NCBI GenBank assembly: GCA_024679065.1 | Contig: JAGIQG010000030.1 | Coordinates: 25,730,001-25,794,000 of the forward strand | Origin: Sphyrna mokarran | Lineage: Eukaryota | Reading direction: 5' to 3' | DNA: 64,000 nt | Shown here: positions 1 through 13,155 of the stretch, piece after piece | Layout of the letters: every line of letters begins with the position of its first letter | Numbering within the stretch: the stretch's first letter is position 1 | Notes under the pieces: model-generated | Seen by the model: only the letters and a program-made list of their open reading frames with translations | Told to the model about the DNA's origin: nothing | Databases searched by the model: none | Translations under genes and position numbers: made by a program

Positions 1-367
1 AGCTGTAGTTGAATTGCAGCTGGGAGCTAGACGTTATTGGCAGTCATTTCATGCTATACAGAGTTGCAGAATTCTTCCTTAGAATGATTCTGATGGGATA
101 AAAGTAGAATGAGATTGGCTGGATGAGAAGCAACATCATGATAATTAATGAATAAAATTTACTGTTCGTGTTATATCTTTGACTCCAGCTTGAATAAGAA
201 CAGTATGGGGTAGATTTTGACTTTGTATGGTTGTGTTGAAGGGGTGATAATGAGTCGGCAGCCTGGTTTATATCTCTCCTGATTTTGATGTTACATGAAG
301 TCAACATAAATATAAATCAGAATATCATAAACTTCCAATTCGCTGTTTTCCATGTTGATTTTTGACC

Positions 368-483
368 TGATTTGATTTGATTTAATATTGCCACATGTAT
401 CAATATACAGTGAAAAGTATTATTTCTTACACATTATACAAATCAAACTGTTTATAGAGTAACAAAGCATATTGTTCATAGAA
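368..483 (-). mobile_element. Rex1/Babar-like LINE 3' tail
   Basis: (GATTT)n tail plus TACAGTGAAAAGTATT, shared with the copies at 7573, 11790 and 14670. Confidence 0.65.
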
Positions 484-864
484 TGAGAATTCATCACAGT
501 AAATATTTGTAGCAAGTTCTCTGTAACATCATGGATGGTACAATACCTGCCTTTGCTGGTTGCATATCTAAAACATGCCAGCCTAAATTACTATTTTAGA
601 ATGCTTTTCATGCGATTGCTTAACCCCGTAACTTTGTCATATGGAACCTGCTTTTATGCATTGACCTGATGTTTTACAATGTTAATTGCTTACCTTTACA
701 CTTTGGTTACAGTCACAGTGCTTTAGTGCACTTCCTGACAGATCAGTATAACACCACAGTGACCTTTTCTATTATATTCTTCAAACACCTGCGGACCCCT
801 CTGTACTGTTAGCCGGGTGCCTCAAAGATGGCATTTCACTATCTCATTAGATGGAAAAGATATA

Positions 865-1110
865 AGATAGTCACTAATAAATCCAGTAGGGAATTCAAGA
901 GAAACCTTTTTATGGAGAGAGTGGTTTGAATGTGAAACTCACTACTGCAATGAGTTGTTGAGGAAAATAGCACAGATATATTTAAGGGGAGCACATGAGG
1001 AAGAAAAGGTTGTACTGATATCATTAAAAGAAGAGGGACGAGGTGCTGCTTACGTGGTGCATAAGTACTGGCATAATGGCCAAATGATGTGGATCTCTAT
1101 GCAATCCTAT
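865..1110 (+). mobile_element. CR1-type LINE 3' end
   Basis: Degenerate RRNFFxxRVVxxWNSLP-type C-terminal coding remnant followed by a tail. Confidence 0.6.
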
Positions 1111-1448
1111 GTATAAAAAATAAAACCTGCAAGCCTGTTTATCAAATCTTCATCTATTCCATTGTACAAATGCTGGGCACTTCACAGCCAGATTGTGACA
1201 TAAGTGTTTAATACTGATTAACTGGCTTGTTTGATGACTAAAGAGTATCTCAGCAGCACTATTACAGGTACCTTCTAATTGCTTATCAGTTGTATGCGCA
1301 TTCCAGTGGCATCAATCTTTTGAAGGATATGACTTTGCAAAGTAATACTTTCCTTTGAGCTCATAGCATTGTTCCAACGCATTTTCAGTACTCAGGAGAG
1401 GCATTTGCTCCTTCAGCTTCCTGCTTGATCACGGCATCTAGAATCACA

Positions 1449-1582
1449 GGCCAGAATCTTACCATCATTCACGCTGGTGGGATTTTCTATCCTCTGTAGT
1501 GAATGGAGATTTGGCTAGCAGCCAAATTCACCGACACTGCTGCAGCAGGAGGGTGGCATGAATGGCAAGTATGATTGCATCC
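1449..1582. mobile_element. Short MITE (Harbinger-like)
   Basis: Decayed GGCCAGAATCTTACC terminal repeat; internal AGTGAATGGAGATTTGGC core is related to the copies at 5231 and 7310. Confidence 0.5.
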
Positions 1583-1863
1583 ATACAATCCCTACAGTGC
1601 AAAAGGAGGCCACTTGACATATCAAGACAGCACCAACATCAATTTCATCCACACCCTACCCCTGTAACCCCATGTATTTATCATTCCCCACCCCCGACAT
1701 GAAGTGGCAATTTAACATATTTAACCTGCACATGTTTGAAGTGTGGGAAGAAACCAGAGCATCCGGAGGAATCACATGCAGACGCTCCACACAGATAGTG
1801 ACCCAAGATTGAAATTGAAACCAGGTCCCTGGTGCTATGAATCAGAGTGCGAACTATTGTGCC
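1582..1863 (-). mobile_element. HE1-type V-SINE, CR1-type tail
   Basis: Reverse-complement tRNA head, V-domain (GAAACCAGAGCATCCGGAGG) and CCCTACAGTGCA tail. Confidence 0.8.
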
Positions 1864-1969
1864 TTAATATAAGTTGTGTTTCTTTTCCTTTTCATCATTG
1901 ACAAAATGGATCTGCAATGCCAGCCAGTAACATGGAACAGATGAAAAAAAAAATCCATGTGAGGTAGAT

Positions 1970-2265
1970 TCATTGAATCATAGAATGCCTGCAGTACAAA
2001 AGAAAGCCGCTTGGCCTACTGAGGTTGCACTGACCACAATCCTACCCAGGCCCTATTCCCATAACACCACATATTTACCATGCTAATGCCCTGATGACAG
2101 GGTTAATTTAGCATGGCCAATCAACTTAAACCACAGAACCTTTGGATGTGGGACGAAACCCACACAGACATGGGGAGAATGTACAAACTCCACACAGGCA
2201 GTGACCTAAAGCTGGAATTGAGCCTGGGTCCCTGGCACTGTGAGGTAGCAGCATTAACCACTGTG
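1970..2265 (-). mobile_element. HE1-type V-SINE, CR1-type tail
   Basis: Similar to the other copies; AATTTAGCATGGCCAATC and CTCCACACAG blocks. Confidence 0.85.
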
Positions 2266-2998
2266 AAAACTCTGTGATGGAGTTGAAGGGATTATTCACT
2301 CAACTTGTACTTGAACAGCTGTCTTGACAGTTCCACCAAAGACCAGTTGATTTACCAGAAACTGAAAACAAGAAAATGTCAATCAGAGAAATTTTATTTT
2401 TTGATTTTATAACTGAAAATGCAATGTTACTTTTGAGTATTTGTGCCAATATTGTCAATAGCACATTGTTTTTGATAGACCACCGGATGCAGGAACTACC
2501 AATGCAAGATGCAAATCTCAAACCTCCAACCAAAGAAACCCAGCAGATCATATAAAATCTCACAAAATTAAGGATAGCAAGCGGCACAATTCCAGGAAAG
2601 TACTTGTGAGTTTTAAAATGATCACCGAGTTGCAGTGCAATCTGGCACAAAGCACTATTTGCAATTTAGAATGGCTTGAACAGCACAGTAGAATTCAACA
2701 GGAGCACTTAATGCTGCATTGTAATGCACTTCAACCCCAATTGTTGCTTTGAATGTGACTATCACAACATTCACTTTAATATTTTTAAGTTCGACTCAGT
2801 CCATGTTGACATTTGACATTGATACATCTACATCACTACTGAGTATATGGTATTCAGCTCACATGTTAACGTGAGAAGAGAGGTGCTTCTCACAATGATT
2901 TCATATCATGCAATGCCATTTGAAGGTTAACAATACTGATCCAGCTTTCTAAATGCAAAGGAGAAGAAATGTGCTCGTTAAATCATTGCCTTACATCA

Positions 2999-3325
2999 GG
3001 GCGGCAAGGCGGCACTGTTGTTAGCACAATTGCCTCACAGCACCAGATTTCCGGGTTCAATCCTGGCCTTGAATGACTGTCTGTTTAAAGTTTGCAATCC
3101 TGCCCATGTCTGTGTAGGTTTCTCCAGGTACTCCAGTTTCCTCCCACACTCCAAAAATGTGCAAGTTAGATTGATTGGCCATGCTAAATTGTTCCTTAGT
3201 GTTGCATGATGGATAGGTTAGAGGGATTGGTGGCGTTACGAGGATGGGTCTGGGTGGGATGCTCTGTCAGTGCAGATTTGATGGGCCTCCTTCTGTACTG
3301 TATGGATGCTACAATTCTATGATTC
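2999..3325 (+). mobile_element. HE1-type V-SINE, CR1-type tail
   Basis: GGGCGGCA head with A/B-box remnants (GGTTCAATCC), V-domain, ATTCTATG tail. Confidence 0.85.
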
Positions 3326-4046
3326 AACTTCCACATGAAGAATAATTGTATCAGCTCTGCCATAATAGTGAAAATAAGACATGCAGTTGGAGTTCAGTGT
3401 CGTTTAATTGCTCACATATGGAGGTCTTCCTTCCTCCAATTCACAAGCAAGTAGCAATATCATAGCACCCTGCGTGGGCAACTGCTAAAAAGCCTCTCTC
3501 TGCCTCTGAGGAGGGTCGGGCAAAACTGGGGGTAGGCAGAGAATGGATTTCCAAGTTCACTCTCTCTGCAAACCGAAGATTGTTTAGGGTAGCAATGTGA
3601 AATTTGTTTTTACTTTGCATTCAGATGATTGTGGTTATATTGTGGTCATGGAAAGCTTGTGGCTGTCATAGTTTCCCTGAGCAAAAATCCCCTGCATTTG
3701 AATGGAAGACAAGACATTGAAACCAGAAGTTTTCAGGATACATTTATCAAATAATATGTATGTTCCAGGACTAGATATTTGTTACATTGTGTCAAACTGC
3801 TGTACAGTAACCACATTTGTGTCAACAATGATGTGCAGCATGCATTGTCATCAATGAATATGGAGGATTTTTTCATAATGATAGTGTTAAATGGATGAGG
3901 GATTATTTAACGTTTTTTACATATATTTAATAAGCAGAGGATGAACGTAGAGATGAGGTTTGATTGGTTGCATGCTGTATATTGAATCAGGAATATGTGA
4001 GCTCATACCCTACCTCAGAGTTTTATCACTTAATATAATCTGATAT

Positions 4047-4665
4047 TTTTATTTCTTATTAATTTGTGGGACATGGGCATCTCTGGCTGGCGAGCATTTA
4101 TTGCCCATCCCTAGTTGCCCTTGAGAAGGTGATGGAGAGCTGCCTTTTTGAATTGCTGCAGTCCATGTGCTGGGGGTTGACGCGCAAAGCCATTAGGAAA
4201 GTTATTCTAGGATTTTGACCCAGTAACTGATCAAGTCAGGATGGTGAGTGGCTTGGAGGGAAACTTGCAGGTGGTGGTGTTCCCATGTATCTGCTGTCCT
4301 TGTTCTTCCAAATGGAAATAGTCATGGGTTTGGAAGGTGCTGTCTAAGGATGAATTGCTGCAGTGCCAACCTCAAGTCACTGTCTGTATGGAGTTGCACT
4401 TTCTCCCTGTATCTGCAAGGGTTTCTGCTCCTGTTTCCTTCCGCAGTCCAAAGACGTGTGGGTTGGGTGGATTGGCCACACTAAATTGATCCTAGTGTCA
4501 GGGGGATTAGCAGGGTAAATATGTGAAAGGATGAATTGCTGCAGTGCATCTTGAATATAGTACACACTGCTGCTACTTAATCTTAGTGGTGAAGGGAGTG
4601 GATATTTGTGGATGTATTGCTAATTAAGTGAGCTGCGTTATCCTGGATTGTGTCTAACTTCCTGA
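4047..4665 (-). mobile_element. LINE 3' end (CR1/L2-group, clade uncertain), interrupted at 4367-4547
   Basis: GCATTTATTGCCCATCCCTAGTTGCCCTTGAGAAGGTG tail; related copies at 15110 and 22040 on the + strand. Confidence 0.65.
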
Positions 4666-4670
4666 GTATA

Positions 4671-4878
4671 GCACTGAGGGTGTGCTGCAGTGGTTCAGTG
4701 CTGTCTTTCAGATAAGCTAATAAACTGACTGAGGCTTGGTTTTCTTGCTCTGGTGAATATTAAAGATGCGATGGCACATTCAAAACAGAGAAATATCTTG
4801 ATTGATCAAACACATACCAAAAACATGATTAAGAGGTCATTAATTTTATTTGCTGTTTGTGAACTCTTGCTGCTCATG
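4671..4878 (+). mobile_element. DeuSINE (SacSINE1-like) fragment
   Basis: GCACTGAGGGTGTGCTGCA...GTCTTTCAGAT...AAAGATGCGATGGCAC...TTGCTGTTTGTG, the Deu-domain pattern. Confidence 0.65.
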
Positions 4879-4914
4879 TTTTTCATAGCACAGACCAAAA
4901 TCTTCCATTCTTGT

Positions 4915-5207
4915 AGAGCAGCATGATAGCACATGGTCAGCACTGCTACCTCACAGTGCCAGGAACCCAAGTTCAATTCCAACCTCAGGTCACTGTCTGT
5001 ATGGAGTTTGCACTTTCTCCCCGTATCTGCAAATGTTTCCTCTGGCTGCTCCGGTTTCCTCCCACAGTCCAAAGATGTGTGGGTTAGGTGGATTGGCCAC
5101 ATGAAATTGATCCTAATGCCAGGGGGATTAGCAGGGTAAATATGTGGGATTACAAGGCCTGGATAGAATTGTGATGTAGACCTGATGGGCTGAATGGCCT
5201 CCTTCTG
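4915..5207 (+). mobile_element. HE1-type V-SINE, CR1-type tail
   Basis: Near full-length head, V-domain and TGATGGGCTGAATGGCCTCCTTCTG tail. Confidence 0.85.
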
Positions 5208-5230
5208 GAGGGACGCTAGATTCTTGATCG

Positions 5231-5343
5231 TGGCTGGGATTTTCCTGTGCTCTTGAAAATTAATGGTATTTTGGTTGCTATGCCAAATTTTCCATTCTCA
5301 CAGCAATGAGTCCTGCATGGACGAGACAGAAGAATCCCACCCA
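5231..5343. mobile_element. Short MITE (Harbinger-like)
   Basis: TIRs TGGCTGGGATTTT / AGAATCCCACCCA. Confidence 0.6.
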
Positions 5344-6139
5344 TAGTGCCTACACTTCCAAACCCAACTCGAACCCCTTGGAGTAAATTAAACCATATAT
5401 ATTTATTTTTCAATCTTTGAGTAATAGAATGACAAAATATAGAAGCTGGGTCCAAGGACAAATTTACCAAAGTCTACCTTTGAGCGTTATTTCGTTCCTT
5501 GGTGATTCCACATGGCCAGTGCACTGTCCAGTATTTCATACTATTACTTGAAACTTTAGTCATAAAGGTAAGCTCCTCCTATCCTCACCAAAACATTCAT
5601 CAAGAAAGCTCATTAATGAATATTGAAGTTAAACTCATACTAATAGTTCCCATACTAGCAATTAAGTTTTGTTATTTTTCAACTTTGCATTTAATACACA
5701 TCAGCCACATGTGACAGTACAATTGAGGTAAATGACAGAAACCTGGTGCAAGAGTGTATGAAAAACATCATCAGTGCAATGGGAAAACATTTCCTATTAA
5801 ATTTCCAGTGACTGTTCACTTTTATCCTATTGAGTGCAGATCAAAGCTGCCACAATAGGGAGAATATTTTCTAAACTTTCAAGAAGGGTTTGAGTTTTAT
5901 TTAGTAGAATTTAAAAATGAAAATGACAACTGAGTGTTATGTTGCTTTCTGCAAAACTTGATTTTGTTATTCCAACAAACAAGCTGATCATGCCAAACTT
6001 GTAACTATGCCACACTGACATTTCTGAAGCCATTATATCAAGGCTTAATTATGCAGCTGACAGATCTGGTCACTCAATTGTGAACTGCTCAGTGTGTATA
6101 TGTGGTAAATGCTCAGTTGTAACTCAGTCGAAACATTCT

Positions 6140-6818
6140 AACTTTCTAAAATGAGAAATATGTTTGTTCAACTTCCACTGAAGGGAATTGAACAGAACGG
6201 CCAAAATTTTCTGGCTGTCCCTGCCAGTACAATCTTCCAGGCTTCCAACAGCGATCCCACATCATGGATTACCTAGCAGTGGGGGGTACGAGCGACAGTA
6301 AACCCCATTTGCAGCAACAGAACAAGAAGATCCTGCTGATAGCCAATGAAAATCCCACACAGCATCTAAGCTCCAGTGCAGGGTGGAGTGAGTGCTGCAC
6401 TGTCAGAGATGTTAGTCGGAATTTTACCGCTATGGGAATCAGAGCAGGCAAAGGATGGACAATTTGAAGGTCCAATAACCTCGGTCAGGATTTTATGGTT
6501 TTGGGACGAGCAAGGATGTAAAATCCATTGCCTTTTGGATGACACGTTAAGCCAAGTCTCCATCTATCCACTCAAGTGGACATGAAAGATCTCTTGAAGC
6601 TAAAACAAAGAAGAACAGGGAAGATTTCCTTAGTGTTCTAGCCAATAGCTATCCATCATGCAACATCTAAAGTGAGATTACATGGTCATTGTTGTGTGAA
6701 TTTGCTGCAAATAAATTGGCTGCCATGGTACCACAGGGACTACACTTCATAAGTGCTACATTGGCTGTAAAACACATTATGAGATTCTACTTACAAAAGG
6801 TGCTATATAAATGCAAAT
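6140..6818 (+). mobile_element. DeuSINE (SacSINE1-like) interrupted by two MITEs at about 6199-6358 and 6415-6527
   Basis: GAGTGCTGCACTGTCAGAG; Deu domain 6528-6700; tail GACTACACTTCA...ATTGGCTGTAAA...AAAGGTGCTATATAAATGCAA. Confidence 0.7.
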
Positions 6819-7309
6819 TTTTATTTTTCATTATGTGATTTTTAAAACTTCTGAGTAAACAGATCTGAACACAGAGCTCAAGCTGTTGTCTGATCAGAAT
6901 TCAGTACAGTTTAATCTGTGGCTTCCTTGGATTCTATTTTTTTTAGCTCTGTATCTCTACATTCTGTCACTGTTATTCCTCCAAATTTATAATTATCTAC
7001 CCAAATTATCTGATGATTCAAAAGGGTTTTTTTATGATTGGTTTACATCCCTGTTTTCAACTGCTGCTGGATGTTTTCCATGTTGTCTTTAATGATGCCA
7101 CGACAATTTTAAAATAACTTATTTACACTGCTTAATTCTTCAATGGACAACTTAAAGTCTTAAACACAGAAACATTGTTTGAATTATCAGGAGGAGATCA
7201 TAATTATCTTCTCCTTATTGTCACTAACGATTAAGTTGATTCAAATTTTTAAGCTTGTCCCCTTTTCCCTCCTGAGTAATAAAGGTTTTACAGGCATTTG
7301 GTCACAATT

Positions 7310-7447
7310 CTTTGGAATTCTCTGGCTGTTCACACCTCACCACTAGTGCCAGCTAGTGAACGGAATGTTTGGCACTCAGTCAAATCTCCATTTACTGCAG
7401 TGGGATTGGAGAATCCCAGCTGTGGGTGAAGTTGAGAATCTGGACCA
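7310..7447. mobile_element. Short MITE (Harbinger-like)
   Basis: GGAATTCTC...GAGAATCTGGACC ends; core is the reverse complement of the 1449 copy. Confidence 0.5.
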
Positions 7448-7572
7448 TTATCTTCATGAGTCTTGATTGTGTAGACTGACAAATTTACTGAAGTACTTTT
7501 CCATCTTTTGCCAACTACTGGACAAATATGTTTGCAACTTTTAAAAACCAATCCAATTGAACACAAATGCAT

Positions 7573-8395
7573 GATTTGATTTGACTTGATTTGATTTCAT
7601 TTCATTTCATTTCATTTCATTTATTAGTGCCATGTGAATTGGAATACTGTGAAAAGTATTGTTTCTTGTGCACTATACGGACAAAGCGTATCGTTCATAG
7701 AGTACATAAGGCAGAAGGAAAGGAGAGGGTGCAGAATGTAGTGTTACAGTCATAGTTAGGGTGTAGAGAAAGATTAACTTAATATAAGTAGGTCCATTCA
7801 AATGTTTGATGATAGCAGAGAAGAAACTGTTCTTAAGTTGATTGGTACAAAGATCTTTGACCTTCATAATCTTTTTCCTAATGGAAAAGGGTGGAAGAGA
7901 GTATCTCCAGGATGCATGGGCCCTTGATAATGCTGGTTGCTTTTCCAAGGTGGCAGGAAGTATAGACAGAGTCAATGGATGGGAGACTGGTTTGCATGAT
8001 GTACGGGGATACATTCACAACCATTTTGTAGTTTCTTGCAGTCTTGATTGGAACAGGAGCTATATCAAGCTGTGATTCATCCAGCAGGGATCCTTTCTAT
8101 CATGGACCTATAAAAATTGTAAGGATTGCAGAGGATGTGCCAAATTTCCTCAGTGTCCTGAGAAAGTATGGGCACCGGTGGGCTTTCTTAACTATGGCAT
8201 CAGCCTGAAAGAACCAGCACAGTTTGATGGTAATCTGGACACCTAGAAACTTGAAGTTCTTGATCATTTTCACTTAATCCCCATTGATGTAGACAGGGTA
8301 ATGTCCTCCATTACATTCCTTGCAGCTGATGACTATCGCCTTGGTTTTACTGACATTGACGGAGAGATTATTGCCGTCACACCGTTTCAATAGAT
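7573..8395 (-). mobile_element. Rex1/Babar-like LINE 3' fragment
   Basis: Minus-strand translation contains CTNQLKNSFFSAIIKHLN, matching the RTNRLKNSFFPxAIRLLN C-terminal motif; pentamer microsatellite tail. Confidence 0.8.
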
Positions 8396-8397
8396 TC

Positions 8398-8505
8398 TGG
8401 GTGGGATTTTCACCAGAAAATTACACCCAAAGTCAACTGACCTTCTCATGGTTCACCCTCACCCACTCCAACTCCCATAGTGGGAGGCACTGTAAAATGC
8501 TGGCC
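8398..8505. mobile_element. Short MITE (Harbinger-like)
   Basis: TGGGTGGGATTTTCAC...GTAAAATGCTGGCC termini. Confidence 0.5.
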
Positions 8506-8924
8506 TCTATCTCTATCCATAAAATATGGATACCATATAGGGATTGTCTTTCTTGTGGTTGAGAAATGGTTTATAATAACAATAATGGGCAGCATGGGCA
8601 GATTCTGAACCTTGGAGGATGATGTTAGCCCAGTTGAAGGTTAGGAAATAAAAAGGGGATTAAGAACTCCGAATATAAAACAGAATTGACAGCTTGTCTG
8701 CAAAGTGATACATTTCTTGGAAAATTACCATCTTCTAGCTTTAAAAAAGTACGCACTTAATGGGCATGTAAATTGCAGTTGACTGAATAAATAACTTGCA
8801 CTTTATTTGTGTTTATTAAGTACAGTGATGTCAAAGAAAGCTCTTTTCTCGCTAAATACTATACACGTTTGGTTTAAAGCATTTTTTTTTTAACCTCAAA
8901 TCAATTCAACACTATGATGTTATA

Positions 8925-9220
8925 GTTTCAAGTTTTCAACTTTATTTATTAATGTCTCAAATACGCTTTCATTAACATTGCAATGAAGTTACTGTGAAAA
9001 TCCTGGTAGTCACCATACCTGTCCGGATACTCTGAGGGCGAATTTAGCACAGCAAATACACCTAACCAGCACATCTTTCAGAACATGGGAAGAAACCAGA
9101 GCACCCAGAGGAAACCTGTGCAGATGGGGAGGATGTGCAGACTCCATACAGTCAGTGATCCAAGCCAGGAATTGAACCCTGATCCCTGGTGATTTGAGGC
9201 ATCAATGATAACCACTCTTC
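8925..9220 (-). mobile_element. V-SINE with the alternative (Rex1-like) tail
   Basis: V-domain plus TTTATTTATT...GCAATGAAGTTACTGTGAAAAT tail. Confidence 0.8.
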
Positions 9221-9825
9221 AGTGTAATAATACAGGACCACTTCACTTTATATGTGCTTTTAGCACTCATTTATTACCATCATAATCTCATTCATTTTGC
9301 TTTTCCTCTAGTCTTTCAGAGATATCCTACAAATATTTTTATAATTAATTCGAAGTGTACAGCCTACACAAAATACACATTAGTCTGAAGCAATATAATT
9401 GCAATAGCCACGTACCTTGAAGAAAGTTTCTCATGAAAATTTCTTGAACATAATTTCACCTTTCCCAGTATTGTTTTTCCCAGAGCGAACTCAAGAGCAT
9501 AATTAACATCCAGCAACAGTGATGTCATCAAGCAGTAGCCAATCACATTCTAGAACTCTCACAGACAGCAATCTCAGAAGAAAAAGGCTACAGTTATCCT
9601 TCACCCTCTAATTATTTTACAGAAAATGAAATAAATATGAGGTACGCACATGAAATTGAGGTTGGAAGAGCATAAACAAACTAAAATTTGAACTTTTCTT
9701 ACTTTAAAAATTGGCTAACATTTTTGTCTCAATAAAGCAATTGGACATTTAATAAGTACAATATTAGTCTTTTTCAGGGTCAGAGAGGTTGTTCACAGAT
9801 AATTGAGAAGTTAACAAACCATTAG

Positions 9826-10942
9826 AAAGGATTCTCCCAAAAGTGCTGAATTGGTGGGAAAACTGTTCTAAATCCCAGCTGTTTTGTCAGTTCAGCTTCT
9901 CACCTGAATCTCCGCACTCTGCACAATGAAGAGGTCTCAGTTACAAATAGGCATGGACTATTCATGCTGGAGTTTGACAATTCTAGAACTCTGTGCATGC
10001 ACAGTGGCTCAAGACTGTCAACCTCCTGTTTGCTGGCCAACTCAATTGCTGGCCAGACTTTAACCACTGTAGTGTTGCCCCTCCAGCCTCCCCTCTCTCT
10101 GCACAGAATGATCGTGACTTTCACAGCAATTCCCAGACCAGCCCTGACCCCTCCTCCCCATCCCAGACCATCTGATGTCCAGGCCCCAAACCCCAGCAGT
10201 GGCAATCCCCCCCCACCCCACTCACCCCAGCAGACCCCCCACTTCGCTAACCCCCTCTAGAGGCAGGTCCTCCCCTCATCCCACTGGCAGACCATCCCCT
10301 TAGCCTAGCTCATCCCCATCATTCCTCTTCCTCCCTCCCAAACCAATCCTATTTGCAGAGTGGCACTGGGACTCCCCAACCCCCACTGATCACCCAATCA
10401 CCCATAAAAGGCCCTGTCCCTTCACATTGCCCAATGGACAGTGCCAAGATGCCACCTGCGCATGGGCATTTTGTCCTTTGGGTAGTGCTGGGGCACAGGC
10501 TGGTACTACCAGGGAATCATGTTCAGGGGTGACAGCCATCCCACTGCCTAATTCCCTGGGAAGGCCCCAGTTGCATCCCCCCTCCTTTCATTCCGACAGT
10601 GTTGCCCGCTAGTTTCCCAAAGATGAGGAACCAGTGTGAACTCCACCAGAGTGAAGTACTCCTGGCGGGGTGGGAGATTCAATCAGGATCTGGAAAGATC
10701 CAATAATTAACTAATTTGAATACTTAAAACAGATTAAAAACAAATTTAAATGACTTACCTGTCTTCCCATCGGTTCCCAGCATGGTCTGAATGGCCACTG
10801 TTTGCCAGCTCTCGGAAATGTGCATACATTCCCGATGATGCACAACTCCCTGTTCAGATGTGTATCTCCCACCGTGACCCGACAGGAAAATTGCAAGTCG
10901 TGACAGAAGAATCACGTCATTCAACAATTTCTTCAGCCTTTT
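9826..10942. mobile_element. Non-autonomous DNA transposon, about 1.1 kb (Harbinger-like)
   Basis: GGATTCTCCC...GAAGAATC ends, GC-rich and C-skewed interior with TGGCACTG/CAGTGCCA motifs, sharp contrast with AT-rich flanks. Confidence 0.5.
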
Positions 10943-10957
10943 CCCTCGTGAGACTAA

Positions 10958-11072
10958 GGGTGGGATTTTCCAGTCTAGCCCGTTGCTGGGATTGTCCAGT
11001 CCCACAGAAAGTCAATGGTTTTTGGTTGAGCCACAGCAGGCCCCATGATGATGGAGCCATTAAATCCAGGCC
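10958..11072. mobile_element. Short MITE (Harbinger-like)
   Basis: TAA|GGGTGGGATTTTCC...AAATCCAGGCC|TGA. Confidence 0.55.
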
Positions 11073-11789
11073 TGAAGAGTTTGATGGTAGAATTGCACAT
11101 CAATTCAAGCGATTTCTATTTCTGATAACAGTGTGTAGATTTCCCTGCTTATTAGCATGTGTGTAAAGGTTAAAGGTTCCCTGGTCAGTTTCATGATTGT
11201 AATATTGGTAAACATTGACAGTTTTGCTGTCACTCCAGCTACCAAATCTGTACAATTGAATTGGTGATATAATGGAAGGTCTTTGATTTTCTAAATTATT
11301 AATTATATTTAAGAAAAGTACAGAAATGCTATAGTATCTGTACCCTATTTTCACAATGCAAGCAGTGAGATTTTCAGAAATTTCAGAAATTTCTGTTGCA
11401 ATGATAATTGGAATATTTCTTGTCCAAATCTGATGATGTGGCAGTGAGAGTTAAGAATTTATGTTTTGTTTTTAATGATGCAGGGATTCCTCACCATTTC
11501 CTTAGGCTTGTGTTATGAGCCAGGCTAAAAACTCCAAGGTGTTTTATGAAGTTAGCCAAGACCCTAAATTTTCACCTTTGAATTTGCCATGGGTGAGAAT
11601 AAGGCGTTTCACTCCAGGTATGAGTAATGTTTCAAGCTGAGAACTTGAGACAATAGAAACTTCTTATTCTTATATTAGAAATATTCATTTTTTATACCGC
11701 TGCTTTTGCTCAGTTACATATTGTACCTTGTAATGATAATAGCTAATAGAGATTATTGCACTGTGTGCACTGACATCACTTGTTGAAGG

Positions 11790-12078
11790 TTAATCACCCT
11801 TTTCCTTCTTCTTCCTTCATGAAAACGATACAAAAGTCTAAGATCACAAACCAACCGATGCAAGAACAGCTTCTTCCCTGCTGCTATCAGTCTTTTGAAT
11901 AGACTTATCTTACCTTGATCTTTCTTTACACCATAGCTATGGTATAACACTACATTCTGCACCCTCCCTTTCTTTCTCCCCATGTACTCTATGAATGATA
12001 AGCTTTGTCTGTATAGCGCTCAAGTAACAATACTTTTCACTATATACTAATACATGTGACAATAATAAATCAAATCAG
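11790..12078 (+). mobile_element. Rex1/Babar-like LINE 3' end
   Basis: AAGAACAGCTTCTTCCCTGCTGCTATCAG...CATGTGACAATAATAAATCAAATC. Confidence 0.8.
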
Positions 12079-13155
12079 AACCACCCTGACTTAGACATGG
12101 AAACTTTCTCACAGATATAAAAAATCTTTAATAAATCTTCCACCTGAGGCAGGACCTGAAAAAAGCCCTGACCCCTCTATCCCACTACCATCTGGAAGAT
12201 TCAATCTCAATTTTCTAGAGTGGATCTTTAACCCACAAGCTAGTCACTCAGGGGCAGGAGTACCAGAGCAAAGTGATACAATGATATATTTTGTCCCTTA
12301 TCTATACTTCTATAAACACCTTGATTATATCCATACTTGGAAGGATATCCAATAGTATGTGTCCTATGAATTAACCTAGATTAGGCATTGACACTCACAG
12401 GAAAAGTTAAGCGTATTATAAATGTGCCCATGTATTATGATTTTTAAAAATGCTCACCCAAAATGTTCTACTGGAAGTAACCACAGAATTTTGATGAGGA
12501 CCATAACTTTACCCTTTACCTCCTACGGAATAAGAAAAGCTGCCAAATAAAACTGTTTTCCTGGTGGCACCTGGATGCATCTTACTAGCTCCCTCCCATG
12601 TGAGCAGAATAGATTGTAGAGCCACATGAATTTCATTTTTTTAATCATCCATTTTTTAATATGATTAGCAGTGATAAGGGTGAATAAATGCACCATTCTG
12701 CATAGAATTCTACATTTGACTGTTCCACGATCAGCTACCAGCTGTGTCTTTTAATGATTGTCGCCGTAAAATACCATTGGAAGCCATGCCAGAAAATTTA
12801 AATGCTGCCTTTCATCTGGGTGAGATGTTACTGCAGATTTGATAGTAGCTGGAATCTTAAAAACATGAAAATAGATAAATTCTAACTTGTGTTAGCCTGA
12901 CGCTTTCATTTTCACATGCTTACTTAGCCCAGGGTTAACACTGCAGAGAGATTCATTTCCACGTCTTTGCATAATTGTACCTGGCAATATACAACCAAGA
13001 GCAAGAAACAGATATGTGATCACAACCTTTCGAATATCCATAAGAATCAAAGCTGTTATTCTTTCAGAGGCAGCGACATTTTCAGTTCATTTTTCTGCTT
13101 TGATATAAGACACTTGAATTGGAAAACTGTGCAAATCAGAGAGTTCTTCCTTCAT

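Noticed and set aside
2999-3070. tRNA genes suggested by A/B-box-like sequences, here and at other SINE heads
   Set aside because: They are decayed tRNA-derived SINE heads followed by the V-domain; no intact cloverleaf
11510-11625. Possible 5' fragment of an LTR starting TGTTATG
   Set aside because: Single short fragment with no partner LTR, PBS or internal coding sequence
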